Source: a virus
Taxonomy: Duplodnaviria > Caudoviricetes
Reading direction: 5' to 3' (one strand)
DNA: 64,000 nucleotides
IMG/VR virus record: IMGVR_UViG_3300021254_000027
Span: 41,543 to 105,542 of that record
The position numbers were made by a program, and so were the translations under genes. Position 1 is the first letter of the stretch. Every line of letters begins with the position of its first letter. The notes beneath the pieces are model-generated. The model searched no databases and was not told where the DNA came from. It saw nothing but the letters and a program-made list of their open reading frames with translations. Positions 28,601-42,456 of this stretch are shown here, piece by piece.

Positions 28601-31600
28601 CTGCTTTTTGTAAATTCGTCATTTTATTTGGGTCAAGTTCAAAAGCATCGTCAAATATGTCTTCTGTTAATCCTAAACTCGCCCATAAATCAGAGAAATC
28701 ATTATTTTTAACCAAATGAGCTATTTTATTTTTAATTACTTCAAGAATTTTAGATTCTAGGTCTCCTGCTTCAAATTCTGTTTCACTAAAACCTTTAGAT
28801 ATTCCTTCCATTAAATATCTACCTATTTCCATTGTACGTCTAGATGGAGATGCAATTCCAAAAGCCGCTTTAAATGCAGCAATAGTATCATCTGAAAACC
28901 CTAAAATACTAAAAAACATTGCTTGTTCTTCTGAATTCATCCCTCTAATAATACCAGCAATTAACTAAGCTCCAACACTATTAGTATCAAAAAGTTCATT
29001 ATTATTTTTTAAATATTCAACATATTTTTGAATAATCGCAACAGCTTCTTGCTCTATTTCATCAGTATTTTTTAATGTATGATCTTCATTAAATAAATAA
29101 CCCTACATTAAAGCATCCATAAATCCAACCATTGCATCATTATCATATTCAAAAGCGCTTCCAAAATTCCAGCCGCCTAAATTTGTCATCTATAGGATAT
29201 TACTCATTGCATATCTAAAAATGTCAGATTGAGCATAATCCTACATAGAATGATTTGCCGCAAAATCTAATTCTTCATAACTTAATGCATTTTCTAATAA
29301 TTCATCTATATTTAAATTCTATCCATCTTCATTTACTGCTTCAGTGATAACAGAAAATGTTATAGGAATTTTTAAGCCAAGCTAATTATTATCTCCTAAA
29401 GCATGCATCAATTCCCAACCATAGCCGTCCTCGCTTATCGCCTTTTGCACATCATCAATACTTTGAACATTAAAAGTATTTTTAAATGCTTGGAACATAC
29501 GTATTAAATCTTGACCACTCGTAATATAGCCGCTAAAATTATATTTTTCTAATAACGCTTCTGCCATAGCTAATTGATCATTACTATTTTCTACGGCGTC
29601 CATATCAAAAAGATCACTTAATACATCATTACCATAATTAAATTGATAAGTATCAAATTCGTCTGTATAGCCCCCTTCATTTGCATAAACTCTTTGCCAT
29701 TCTTTACTATATGGATTAAACCACTATAATGTTTCTCCAGCATTCTAATAATTTAAAGAAGCTATACCTTCTCCATTTGGATTTGACCCAAATAAATTTG
29801 TTCCACGAACATTGCCATTAAATGACTAACGATGTTGTTCTAATTCAGTAGGATCTACTAAATTTTTTAATTGCGTACTATAATCAGAAATTCTCTATGC
29901 TGCAAAATGTGTACCAGCGCCCATAATTTGCAATAAACTATGTTCTCCATCAACATTAGGATTCTAAAGTAATGCCTAGTCCCAACGTCCTCCATAATTA
30001 TCTAAAACATAATCAACGATATTAACATCTGTCATTTTACCCGCGCCGTATCTAGATCCTGAACCACCAACAAAATCTGCGGCCCAATAGCCATGAGAAT
30101 CCCAATTTAAAACATCATCCGCGGTTCCAGCGATAGATTCATTATAACGCTTATTACGTGTACTAAAACGAGATGCATCATAATGAATGGCATTTTCCAT
30201 AGCTTCATACTATATAGTAATAACTTTAGTTTCTGGATCTAGATCAATTACTGGTCTAAATGGATCCGTGGCAGTACCAGTTCCTGTTGTTCCCTCTCCA
30301 GCTTCGGATACAATAGTAATACCCAATTCATTTGCTTCTTCATCTGTAATTTTTTCAAATACAGGACCATTTTCGCCTTTTTTAATTAACCATGTCGCGC
30401 CATCAGTTCCAATTAAAATAGTATCACCGTTTACAGTTTTACCAGTGCCTTTGATTGACACTAAATTACCAGAAGAGTCTACCGCCCAAACTTCACCAGA
30501 TTTTGACATTAAAATTTGATAACCATTAACACTCTAATTAGTATTAGTTAATGCCTATAATTGTCCTTTATTATCCGCGAGCCACATCTATTTTTTATCA
30601 GGGCTCATATAAATATTGTAACCATTTACGCTAGTCCCATAAGGAACTAATGCTTGTAAATTACCACTATTATCTGCTAACCACATTTTGCCATCTTCTG
30701 GACTCATATATAAAGAATATCCTTCAATAGAACCATAAGGGTTTAGTGACTATAAATTGCCTTCTCCATCAGCAAGCCACATCTAATTTTCATCAGGGCT
30801 CATATATATATTATAACCATCAATACTTTGACCAATATTAGTTAACGACTATAAATTACCTTCTCCATCAGCTAACCACATTTTATCTTTATCAGGACTC
30901 ATATATATATTATAACCATTAACACTTTGACCAACATTAGTCAACTACTATAAATTACCTTCTTTATCAGCTAACCACATTTTGTTTTCATCTGGACTCA
31001 TATATACATTATAGCCATTTATTGATCCATAAGAAGTTAATTCTTGTAAATTGCCTTCATTATCAGCCAACCACATTTTACCATCTTCTGGACTCATATA
31101 TATATGATATCCATCAGTTGATTGACCAACATTTTCTAAAGGAACTAATTCATTATTGTCATCTTTTAAATAAGGACTATTAGAAGCATCTGTCCAAAGA
31201 GTATAACCACCTTGCCCACTTAATTCTTTTAATCCAGGTTCTCCTTCATTGCTTTCGACAAAATCTCCAATAGATTCATCTTCAATTATATACTAAGCAG
31301 AACTACCAGTAATAGGATGCAACGCATAATTATCCTAAACATAATGTACATCAGCTTCTTCAACAACTTTAATCTTAACTGTATTTCCGTTTAATCCCTA
31401 AGCTGCGTTAAATCGCTCTGTCTATATCTCTGCTCCCTATAACAAAGTAGCAATTTTTAAATTAGCTACCGCCCAAGCTTGGCTAATATCAGTTTCGTTT
31501 TCTGTTTTACCAATATTTTTAATTAATCGATCAGCTTCTTCCGCGGAATATCCTAAATCAATTAACTATTGTTTTAAAGCTTCTAACCCCGAAAAAGTTG

Positions 31601-34600
31601 ATAAAGAATCTAAATCTTCTAAGTCTGAAACCAAAGTTTCAATTTTTTTTAGCTATTCTTCATCTTTATCCCATTCAGCATCTGCTGATTTCGATGCATA
31701 ATCTTTAAGAGTATTATAATAATCTAAAGTTAAAGCCTATTTTTCTTGCTAAATTTCAATTAATTTTGCTTTATCTGTTGCATATAATTGTTCTAGAGCA
31801 GAATAATATTCCATTGCTTTAGTATAACTATACTTGGTCCATTCAACAGCATTCATATTAGTATATTTATCAAATACAGATTCATCAAAAATACTTAAAT
31901 TTGCCAATTCTTCACTAGTTAATGTTCCAAAACCTTTTAATCCCTTTTTAAATTCACTAATAGCTTTATTAGTATTAAAAATATCTTTGCCAATAGTTTT
32001 CCAATATTCTGCAGAAGATAATGTTTTTCCCGTAGAAGCAATAGTATCTTGTGTTTCTACTAAGTCTGCACTTAACTAATCACCAGTCATTAAATTTTCA
32101 TTAAGAACACCTATTTGCTCGTTTAAATCTGCCGCGCGAGAATACATTTCATCATAAGCTGAAGTTGCAGCCTCCCAATCTGAATAGTTATGCTCTCTAG
32201 CAAAAGTTGCTTGGTCTTCTTCTGACCCTTCTTTAGCTGCCTCATAAGCACTTAACCAATCATTTCGAGAAGATAATTCAGCCTACAATGTTGCTCGACG
32301 ATTACTTGCATCTGCATAAGATTCTCCATAATTATTTTCAAATTCTGCTATCCATGTATTATATTCATTCAAAATTTCTTCATATTTTTCTTCCGCCGCG
32401 ATTCGTTCATTTTCTAAGGCTTCCATTTCTGCAGTTAAAACTTCTGCTTCCATCTATTCATATAAAGCAATTCTAGTACTTGCACTTTGACGAACAAAAT
32501 TTTGTAAATCTCCTTGAGTTTTAAATAATCCAGATTCCCATAGCTGCTCATATTCCTCACGGCTTATCGTATCTTGAGTCATTATTTTTTTATTTGCTTC
32601 TAAAGATTTCTCTTTTTGTACCTATTTTTCAGCTTCAATTTCTGCCAAAGCCAATTTTTTTGCAGAATTACGAATCCCAACAGCATTTCCTTGTTTATCA
32701 AAAATAATATCACTTGGCTTAATTCTTAATGCTGCTTCAATTGTTAATCCATTATTTTTATCTAATAATAAATTTTCGATCTACTTCTAAACATTTTCTT
32801 TTATATCAGGATTATTAATACTACCAATTGAAGCTCCCTTTTGAGCTATTTCTTGAATAGCCTATAACTACAAAGCTCCTTCACTATACTGGTCAAAACC
32901 TGAAATATAATCTAATAAATTAGCTCTATTAACTCCAGTATTTTTATTTCCAGGCTCTAATGTTTGAGTAATTAATTCATTGATTTCTCGAGCAGTTGCC
33001 GCAGATTTTCCATGTCGAACTACATCAAAATTACCGCTTTCAAATAAATCATTAATCAATGATGCATATTCAAAATTATCTATCGCATCAGCTAAAACAT
33101 TAATATTATTATTTTTTAATGATGTTAAAACTGAACCTGTAAAAGTTCCAGAACCAGTATTAATACCTGTAAATCTATCTCCAGTTAATAGACGGTATAA
33201 TCCCAAAGGATCCTATTCAACATTTTCACCTTTTAATGTAGTAAACTGCCCATCAACGAAATTATATCCTAAAGATCGTAATTCATATAAGAAATCTTCA
33301 TTCGCCCAAACCTGTCCTTCGTCGCTCCAGTGCTAAGCACGCCACTAATTATCAGTATCATCCCATAAAGATTCTGTATCTCCTAAATCCTAATAAAACT
33401 AACTATCTTCTCCGTAATAATCTATCCAAGCTGCATCATTAAATAAACTAAGTGTGCCCTCATCACGTTTTGGCATATCACTAAAAAAGGATTTCCCCTA
33501 ATAAGTCTAACGAGTTTCAACAGTCTATGCAACTAATTGCTCAGCCTCTTCAACTTCTCGCTAAGCTTCATCTAATAAATAATTAGTTTTTCCTCTTGTT
33601 AATTCCTAAATCTAATTAGTTAAACCAGCATAACTACCAGTCAAAATATCTACTGCATTGGCTTGAATACCATATTTTTCAGTAATTTCATTAATTTTAT
33701 CTAACTACTCCTAATAAGTAAGAGTAGTATCATTCATAATACTACTTAAATTTTGTAAATCAATTTTTAAATCATCTGAAGCTTTTTTATTTCGTTTAAT
33801 GGCTGCTGTTGTTGCATCTGCTTTAGTTTTTAATTCCTCTTCTGCTTTAATTTGAGCCTTTCGTTGAGCATTATAGGCAATAAGCGCAGTTCCAGCTATA
33901 GCAATTGCTGCACCAATAGCAATCCAACCAGCAGGGCCTTGTAATGCTTTTAAAGCCATTTCTATAATAAACTAAGTTATTTTTAATCCATTAAAAATAC
34001 CCTATTGGGCAATAGTTCCTCCCATAGCAACGGTTTCAGCTTGCTATAATTTAATGCTAATAACTCTCTATACATTCTATAGTTTATCTATTGCTACTTG
34101 CTTTAATTTTAAAGTATTATGTAAAGTTGTTAATCCATTTAAAAGGGTTGTAGATCCAATTAATATCGATAAGATTCCAGCAAAACGTTCTCCTGCTGAA
34201 GCGCCACTATCAAAAGCTGCTTTAAATCCAGAAGAAATACTAGCAATACCAGCACCCAATTGAACAATTCCACCAAGCGCAATACTTAATGAATCGCTAA
34301 ATTTTCTGCCACTATTATTAGCTGTATCTTCCATTTGTCTTCCAATTGATTCTGTTTCTTCATCAAGACTTTCTGCATTGGTCTAAGCATTTTGAAGTTC
34401 ATTATTTAATTCTGTAACACCATCAGCACTATCTCCAGTAGCTTCAACTAATCTTTCTCCATCAGCAATAATTTCCTCTTGAGCATCACGTATTTCTTTT
34501 AATTTTGCTTTAATTTTTTCTAAAGTTTCGTTTGCAGCATCTAAAGATTCAAAACTCTTAGTGTCTCCCATAATTTCTGAAATACCTTCATTTTGAGCTA

Positions 34601-36935
34601 AATCAGAATCTTGTCCTCCTATTGCTTCTGTAATTGAAGCTCTTGCAGTATCTGCATCATATTCTCCATCTTTCATAAATCTTTGAGATTCTTGACCAGC
34701 AAAACCTTCTTCTAATTTTTTAGTAGCTGTATCTACATCGGTCTAAGTTTGTAATCCTTGAGACATTAATTTTTTACCTAAACGATCTAATTCTTCAGCT
34801 ACCTAAGCACCTGCTTCAGTAATTTCAGGAGAAACAACACTACTACTATTTTTTAATTTTCTACCCTATTCTGTTAAAGCTTTTTCTACATCACTTAATC
34901 CTAGATCCTAAGCAACAATTTTACTTTGTTCACTTAATCGAGCAGTAGCTGTTTGCATTGTTGCAATAGCAGCTCTTTGCTCTTTACCAGACTCTAAAGA
35001 TTTATATGCTTGATTTGCTTGAGTTCCACTTTCTACTTCTTTACCATATTTAACTTTTAAACCAGTAACAGTGCCTTTTGCCGCAGCAGCTTCACGAGCT
35101 TTATTTTGATACTAAGTCTACAAACTATTATACTATTCTATTTGAGCATTGGTCATTCTATGAGCATTTTGCGCTTGAACGGCATTAATACGATATAATT
35201 CACTATTATATCCATATTCTGCACTTCGAGTTGCATTAGTTGCTGCTCTATTTGAATTACCCATTTTCGCAGCAGCATTAGAATTCATTTGAGCAGACCA
35301 AGCATTTTCTCGACTTAACTATGCAGATTCTGTCATTGTTGCAATATTCTTTTTATTTGCGGCACCACTTAAAATGGCAATATTATCTACCATTTTAGAA
35401 ATGCCCTAACCTACTAATCCAGTAGTGCCTAATTTAGTTGCAAATACTCCACCAATTGTAGTTAAAATTGGTACAATACCACCTAATTTATCTATTAATG
35501 TTGTCACACCATTAATAACACCAGTAATACCATCTTGCATAGTAATAAATACTTTATCATTTAAAATTTCAGAGTATAAACCTTGCATAGCATTTTTAGC
35601 TCGTCCAGCGGCAGCTTCCCAACTTTTCGCCCAAATTGCCTATTGTTCTTCTAATTCTCCATCAGAATTAAGCGCAACATCAACATTAATTTTATATTGA
35701 TCCCAATTCTCAAACAATGCCATCAAAGAAGTATACTGACGAGCACCACCAATTGTTTGAGCAACTGCACTTTTTTGTGCTTTACTTAATGTAGACCATT
35801 TATTACCTAATTCTTCAATAACAGTGCCCATGTCGCGCAATTCGCCTGTAGCGTCAAGAACTTGAACACCAACAGTTTGCAACGCTTTAGAATATTTATT
35901 AAGATCAACACCATCTTCAAGAGTTTCGCCTAATTTTAAGCCGCCCATACGACTTAAAATAGTATTCATAGATGTACCAACTGTTTCTGCTGACTAACGA
36001 GTAACACTTGCAACAGTAGCAATCATTGAAGACATTTGTTCCATTTTTACACCAACAGTATTAGCAGTTGCACCAACTTTTTGCATTGCAGTTGCAATTT
36101 CTTCCATACTAGAAGCAGTATTAGCACCAAGAGCAGCCATAATATCAACATAATGTTCCATTTGATCTGCTCCAACTTGATAAGCGTTCCATACCGCGGT
36201 TAAGTATTGAGACATTTCTTTTGTGCTACTACTAAAAGCAATATTCGCAGCTTTCATAGTAATTGTAGCTTTATTTATAGCTTCAGCTGTTTTATCACCC
36301 TATTGGTAGAAAATTAATGCAGCATCTGAAAATGCTAATGTAGATGCACTTAATCCCTTTGCAGCAGACTAAGCTTTTTGAGCAAAATCTGCAATTTCAG
36401 CATTACTCATTTTTGTAACTACTTGAATACTCGTTAAAGATTCATTTAAATCTTTCGTATAACGAATTGCATTATTTACTGCACTAATAGTGCCATGAAT
36501 AATACTTGAAGAAATTTGCCACTATGCAGTTTTCTTTAAATTAGTTAATAAATTCGTAAAAGCGCCATTTAAAGTAACTGTTTGCTACCGCATCTAAGCC
36601 ATACTAGATAAAACTTGATTAAAAGCAGCTTGTCCTTCCGCACCAAACCCCATCATCTAATCACGAATGGTAGTTAAATTAGTTTTAGATTCCTTTAAAC
36701 TTCTATTAAAAGCTGAAAAATTAATTTTCCCAGTGTCAACATTAACTGCCGCAGTTAAAGCTTTCTATAAATCTCTTGCACCCTAAACTCCATTTTTTAA
36801 TTCCAAAGTATCAAATTTTAAAGGCTATACTTTAGTAATAGAATTTAAAGTATTTTGTAAATTCTACAATTCTGAACGAGCAGCTTGAGTTTCGGCAGTA
36901 ACTTTTAAAGTCGATACAACAGTATTAGCCGCCAT
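22668..36935 (-). CDS. Tape measure protein, ~4755 aa with TAG=Gln
   Basis: ATG 36935 after AAAGGAG; 18 track fragments (starts 36257 down to 22958) lie in this frame; TP901-type TMP core (AALGANTASSMEEIATAMQKVGATA...GTSMNTILSRM), Gly-rich linker, coiled coils; TAA 22668-22670 followed by a terminator. Confidence 0.85.
30450..31140 (-). repeat. About seven tandem 32-33-aa coding repeats inside the tape measure gene
   Basis: Consensus GYNIYMSPDxxKMWLADxxGNLQxLxxxGxS read directly from the sequence. Confidence 0.9.
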
Positions 36936-36956
36936 ATTTTAAACTCCTTTCTCTCC

Positions 36957-36984
36957 AAAAAAAATAAGCGCATTAAGCGCTTAT
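36957..36984 (-). terminator. Terminator-like hairpin between chaperone and tape measure genes
   Basis: ATAAGCGC-TTAAT-GCGCTTAT followed by T-run on the minus strand. Confidence 0.55.
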
Positions 36985-37505
36985 CCTAATTTTTCTACAA
37001 CATCAGAAATTAATGAATTTGTTTCCAATTTACGTAGATCATCTAACATTTCATCTACTTCTTTTGTATCAGCAATTTGATTAGTTTGTAAATATTCTAA
37101 CAATCCAGCAGCAGAAGTTCTATAATTCACTAATACAGCTATTGTTTGATGCATTAAAGTGAATATTTGATTCCACTCTTCCTTCGGGATTATTTCTTTT
37201 ACTTTATCATTTATTCCATTTATCTATAAAATATCATAAGTTTTAACTGCATTGTTAATCATTGTCTCAGTGATATTAATATTCGTATAATATTTTATAA
37301 TATAAATCATTCCATATAATTCTTCACGAATTGGTGAAGTGGTACCATTTTCTGCAAGTACATCACCAATATAATCATTTAATAATGCTGCTTTCTATTC
37401 CATAGGTAAATACTGTAATACCTAAATGGTCTAATCACCAATCTGTACATTAATCGGCACAATAGATTTAACAGTATTTATTTTACTTAAAGCGATTTTC
37501 GCCAT
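36981..37505 (-). CDS. Probable tail assembly chaperone (174 aa with TAG=Gln)
   Basis: ATG 37505 after AAGGAG; ...I[TAG]VLQYLPME[TAG]KA...; TAA 36981; lies directly upstream of the TMP. Not in track. Confidence 0.6.
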
Positions 37506-37542
37506 TATAAATCTCTCCTTTTACTCAAACTTTCTATATAAT

Positions 37543-37571
37543 ATTATATAGAAAAAAAATAACCTTGTCAA
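37543..37571 (-). promoter_or_regulatory. Consensus sigmaA/sigma70 promoter upstream of chaperone-TMP genes
   Basis: TTGACA (37571-37566), 17-nt spacer, TATAAT (37548-37543). Confidence 0.8.
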
Positions 37572-37575
37572 ATTT

Positions 37576-38697
37576 TTATTTATTTAATCCTCTAATAAGA
37601 TTTTTACTAAGACGGACTTCTCCGAATAAATTATTTCTATTATACTATTGCTAAGTAATAGCTTCATAAATTAACTATCCAGTACTAACAACATAGATAT
37701 CTTGTCCAGTAGGATCATTATAAATTAAAAAACGAGCTACCATATCAACTCGTTGTCCATCTATTTCTAAAAATTGACCAGTACCGCTAATTTCATACAT
37801 TAACCGCAAATGGGAAAAAACTTCTTGCGCGAATGTTCCTCTTGGACTTCCACTACCAATAGCATTTAATCCACCAAAAACAGCTCGCGCAGCCTCACGA
37901 TCACCAAGACCTAAATATTTAATTGATGAAAATAATGCTTTAAATAAATTTGTAGCTCCAAAACCGATGTCTGATTCATATTTATTTCGAGAAACAAGCA
38001 TACCATCCTGCCAAGAACGACTCGTATAGTTTTTGGCAGTAAATTTTGCTTGACTTAATAGCGAAGCTATCTCTATTAATTCTGGTGAAGCAGATGTATT
38101 ATATGTAATTGTTACGCCTTGGTTATCTACTTTTAATGCACGATTTTGAATTACTAATTGTTGATCTAAATTTGCGTTTCCTCTAAATACATCCGCCACT
38201 CTTTTCATAGTTCTTTTAGCATAATCATCGGCCAAAGCCGTCATCGTTAAATTGGATCCAAGAGTCTAAGCTGTAACTGCACCAGTATGTGTTAAACCAT
38301 TTTCAACAACAGAAGGATCTGCCGCGGCATTGGATAATATTGTAGTAAGCATTGTATCTAATTGATGCTCAAATGCTGTACCGCCTATTGTAAAAAATAA
38401 ATTAGAAATATTCCCTTGAGCATTTTTAGGAAGCATATTCCAAATAACTTCCATAGCTTGCTATGAAAAAATACCAGATTCATCAAATTGAATATCTGCT
38501 TTAGCAACAGATCCATTACGATAACCAATTTCTTTATCTGACATTTTATTAATAGACATCTATTTTAATATCTAAAAAAAACGAGATAATTTAGCTGCAT
38601 CATCAACATCTCGTTGACCAACTTTAAATGCTTCATATCTAGCTTTTATTCCATCTTCAATCTATTGTAAATACGATGTATAATGCTATAAAGCCAT
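37576..38697 (-). CDS. Hypothetical protein (373 aa with TAG=Gln)
   Basis: Joins track ORFs 38266..38454 and 37675..38244; TAG already at codon 4; TAA at 37576-37578. Confidence 0.65.
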
Positions 38698-38713
38698 ATC
38701 ACATCACCACAAC

Positions 38714-38751
38714 AAAAAAATAGGGGAGATACGATTTCGTATCTCCCCTAT
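38714..38751 (-). terminator. Intrinsic terminator after the tail tube gene
   Basis: TAGGGGAGATACGA..TCGTATCTCCCCTA stem followed by T7 on the minus strand. Confidence 0.85.
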
Positions 38752-38768
38752 TGTCAATATTTAATCAA

Positions 38769-39884
38769 TTAAATACTCTCGGTAAAACGACCAGGAGCCT
38801 GCTTACCAGAGTCTTCATAAATTGTACCAGGAATGACTTCACCAGCAACAGTAGCAGCAGCGCCACCATCATAAAGGTTAACATCTTCAACAATCTGAAG
38901 TGCAGCAATTACCTTCTTGGTCTTATCAAACTTAGTATAATCTGGGAATGCATCCATAGTAAAGGTGAAGGTAGAAGGATCACCAGTAGGAGCCATTGTA
39001 AATGTGAAGTTAGACTGAATCTTGCAGTTTGGAATTACAAACTCAGCAGGATAATCTTCGCCAGTACCCTGATCACGGAACAAGGTAGAAGCCTCAAGAT
39101 AGTAAGATCCACCAAATTTACCAGCTTCAATATCAATCTGCTTTACATATTGAGTACTCTTTACATAGTAATCAACATACATAATAGAGCCAGGATTATC
39201 TGGATCAGTACCATCAACATAGTCAACAATTTCCTCTGCAGATGCAGCATTCTTATACTTATCAAGTTCAGACTGGAACTGAGTAGCTACAGGAGCAGTA
39301 GCATTCATGATCTTGCCTGCATTAATAAGTTCAGTGTGACTCTCATTATAATTGTCACGCCATGCAGAGAAAGCATCAGCCAAAGTAATGGTCGCGCCAC
39401 TCATATAGGCAGGATCAGCACCATCAGAACCTTGAAGTGGGATATCCATAGGAACACGATTAGTATTAATAGAACCATCATCATTCTTTAACATGATATA
39501 CAAAGAACCAGCCTTCGCAGGAACATGAGAAAGAGTTAACTGACCATTCTTAACCTGGACTTCTTCAGTAGTATGAATAAAAATTGGATGATCTTCATCA
39601 GCATCCATAAATCCAGCACCAGAAAGAATAGAGAAGCTTTCTGGAGAAATCAAAGCATCTTCCATTGTAAAGGTAACAGTACGGTCACCTTCCCAAGCAA
39701 CCAAACGAGGGTTACCGCGTCCACCCTGAGCATAAACAGTGGTACTCTGGCCTTCAAGAGATGAAGTCTTCAAAGTATCAAAATACATAACAGGCATATC
39801 CTTATCGAGATAAAGCTTGCCGAAATAACCGCCAGTCTTTCTCTTAAGAACGACGTCGCAAATTTCGCGTACACCAAATTTCAT
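38769..39884 (-). CDS. Major tail (tube) protein, 371 aa, TAG-free
   Basis: MKFGVREICDVV...LKTSSLEGQSTTVYAQGGRGNPRLVAWEG...IPNCKIQSNFTFTMAPTGDPSTFTFTMDAF; strong RBS; lies between neck and TMP genes. Confidence 0.85.
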   Translation of the reverse strand: MKFGVREICDVVLKRKTGGYFGKLYLDKDMPVMYFDTLKTSSLEGQSTTVYAQGGRGNPRLVAWEGDRTVTFTMEDALISPESFSILSGAGFMDADEDHPIFIHTTEEVQVKNGQLTLSHVPAKAGSLYIMLKNDDGSINTNRVPMDIPLQGSDGADPAYMSGATITLADAFSAWRDNYNESHTELINAGKIMNATAPVATQFQSELDKYKNAASAEEIVDYVDGTDPDNPGSIMYVDYYVKSTQYVKQIDIEAGKFGGSYYLEASTLFRDQGTGEDYPAEFVIPNCKIQSNFTFTMAPTGDPSTFTFTMDAFPDYTKFDKTKKVIAALQIVEDVNLYDGGAAATVAGEVIPGTIYEDSGKQAPGRFTESI

Positions 39885-39902
39885 AGGTTATTTCCTCCTT
39901 AT

Positions 39903-40661
39903 TTAATGTAAGTCTTTCATCCAATCGTCTGGTTTATCATCGGGCTTACCACCTGCCAGACGAGATCGAATATCTAAATCCCACCCAATATATAAGCCAT
40001 ATCTTTCAACTAAATCATATAACTAATATACTGTTAAATTTAAACAATCATCTAAGCTCATAGATGATAGCCCGACAGTGAGAATAGAAACATAGCGTCC
40101 AAGGACTCCATCTGCGGAATGTCCTTTTTCAGCTGCTGCACGGGCTCGCCCGCGCATAAGTTTTGCCGCAATCGCGGCAGCTTTTTGTCCCTTCGGATTA
40201 TAGTTTGAATTCTATCCACCAGTACTGTTATTTACTCCTGTGATGTCATTAAGAGCACTCTTAAATACATCAAAGTTTGTATCATTTATCATAACATTAT
40301 GTTTCGTGGCTGGATTATTCAAATATAATCCCATACCATTGGGTAAAAGCTAGATCCCATATCCAGGAAACAAAATGGTCAAAGTAGAAATCATATTATT
40401 CTGCACTTTTAATTTTGCTTCCTCTTCCGGAGGATTCATCAATGTCATAAATATCTGAAAATCACTCATAGCAGATAAACTAGATGCGCCCTTGGGATTA
40501 GAAGCTAAAATAGTCGCTTTATTAAAACATAAAGTCTATAATGCAGAAAAGTATTCTAATTCACCCATATAAGAAATTTCACGAATTTTAGGCTGGTGCA
40601 AAGTAAGCTATAAATCAGGAATGGGAATATCTACTCCAGTTAATAATGATAATTTATTCAT
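39903..40661 (-). CDS. Tail/neck-region protein (252 aa with TAG=Gln)
   Basis: TAATG overlap at 40661; MNKLSLLTGVDIPIPDL[TAG]LTLHQPKIREISYMGE...KPDDWMKDLH-TAA. Not in track. Confidence 0.65.
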
Positions 40662-41194
40662 TATTTTCTAGGAATTATATCATCAGAACCATGAACTGCT
40701 TCATACGCCATTGTTAAACCAATGAGCTATTCATTCATAACAATATTGTCAGCACCAGCAAAATGCAATTCACCAATTCCAGTAAATTTTTGATTTTGAA
40801 GTGAAGCATCAATTTCTCCTGCAATACGATATGGTCGTAAAGCAAAATTTCCTAAATGCCAATGATCTGGATGGCATAAAATATGAAAATAAATATAATT
40901 ATCTCTAAATTCTGGATTATTAGCATTTGGTTTAAAATCTCTAAAACTAATACAAATATAAATAGGACATTCTGTAGAAATATCAATTTCAGGAATAATC
41001 CTAATCTATTTATCAATTAAAGACAACAACTATTCAGAAGTTAATTTTGGCTTCTATAAACAATCTCTTTCATGATAATATAATAATTTTACCAATCTAT
41101 CATTTTTTAATAATTTTTTAATAATAATTTCTAAATCCTTTTCTACGGAATAAAAACTACTATCTGGCTTAGTAAAATTTTCTCCTACCTTCAT
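40661..41194 (-). CDS. Probable tail terminator/completion protein (177 aa with TAG=Gln)
   Basis: ATG 41194 after AAGGTGG; MKVGENF...LVKLLYYHERDCL[TAG]KP...; TAA 40661-40663. Function inferred from position. Confidence 0.6.
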
Positions 41195-41206
41195 ATTTTC
41201 ACCACC

Positions 41207-42160
41207 TTAAAATAAAGATTCAACCAATATTGTTTTAGATAGATCACCGCAATGGATAATAAAAGACCCACTAATCATACTGGTCCAAGTAATCTTTAAT
41301 CGATTGCCAACAATCGTATATTCTAAAACATCGTCGATTTCTTTATTTTTATCAGCAGGTAAAGAAATTGACCAATTCATTTCAGTATCATTCATTTTTA
41401 ATCTATAATAAACAGATTCTAAAGGTTTTATAGATTTTGGTCCGATAATTTCATTAACATCTTCTGGAACAAAATCTTCTATGTCATCTGCTACTTGAAT
41501 AAACATTTCATCAGCATGACACTCATAATCTTCTTCTACCTAAATATCAAATACTCCAGGGGTACTAATAAAATCAGGCGCCTAGACTTTCCAATAGCGA
41601 TCATCAAATTTAAAACGCTTATATCGCTCAAAAGTTCGACGATTCTATTCAGTATCTGTCATATAAATCTCTAAAGTTAAATTCGGTACATGTGCAACCA
41701 ATCCATCTTTTTGAATTGTATTAATTTTAGTTTCAACAGGTCCACGAATTGCAGCCCATTGACTAAATTCTTCATGAGTTTCAGGATCAATCGCAGTTAA
41801 ATATTTACATCTACGACAATTAGCTCGTAAATAAGCGAGTTCTGTATCTTCTGGCTTTAAAATAATCCAATGACTTCCAGTCCCTTTTCCCCATTCAAAA
41901 GTATCTCCAGGCTAATATCCATGTTCAAAATCAATGGAAATAATTTTCTCATCATAATCAAATTTAACTTTATCAGGATTCATTAAGGCTCTTACCCAAG
42001 TTGCATTTTCATCAGTATCTTTTTTCACCCAAGCAGCCTAGTATGAATACAATAATGCGCGATGCATAGAGCGTAAACGATCCATAATCATGCGGTTATG
42101 TTGACGATCATTATCCGCCGCATGAGCGCGCTTTTTCATTAATGCTAAATTCTCAAGCAT
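41207..42160 (-). CDS. Head closure/neck protein (317 aa with TAG=Gln)
   Basis: TAATG overlap at 42160; in frame with track ORF 41207..41506; ALLYSY[TAG]AAW. Function inferred from position. Confidence 0.6.
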
Positions 42161-42456
42161 TATAATTTATTTACCAATTCTGTCAACATCGAAATAACAC
42201 TAAAAATAGTAGTTCGATATGACATAAAATTGCGGACATCATACAATCCATTTAATTTACTTAATAAAATAAGAAAATCAAGTTGGTCGCCAAACATTGC
42301 ATGAAGTCCTCGTAATTCTATTAAAACAGAGTCTAACTGCTTTTGCCAATCTTCTTCGTTTTCTCTCATTGGCAACAACTTCCAAATCTAATTTATCAAT
42401 CTCCGCAAATCTTTTTCAACCACAGAATTTGCAATATCAATCTCTTGATAAATCAT
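42160..42456 (-). CDS. Small neck-region protein (98 aa with TAG=Gln)
   Basis: ATGA overlap with upstream stop; extends track ORF 42160..42378 through one TAG (LIN[TAG]IWKLLPMRE). Confidence 0.65.

Noticed and set aside
36935-37505. Lambda G/GT-type -1 frameshift in the tail chaperone
   Set aside because: The chaperone stop is only about 45 nt from the TMP start, leaving no room for a second ORF.
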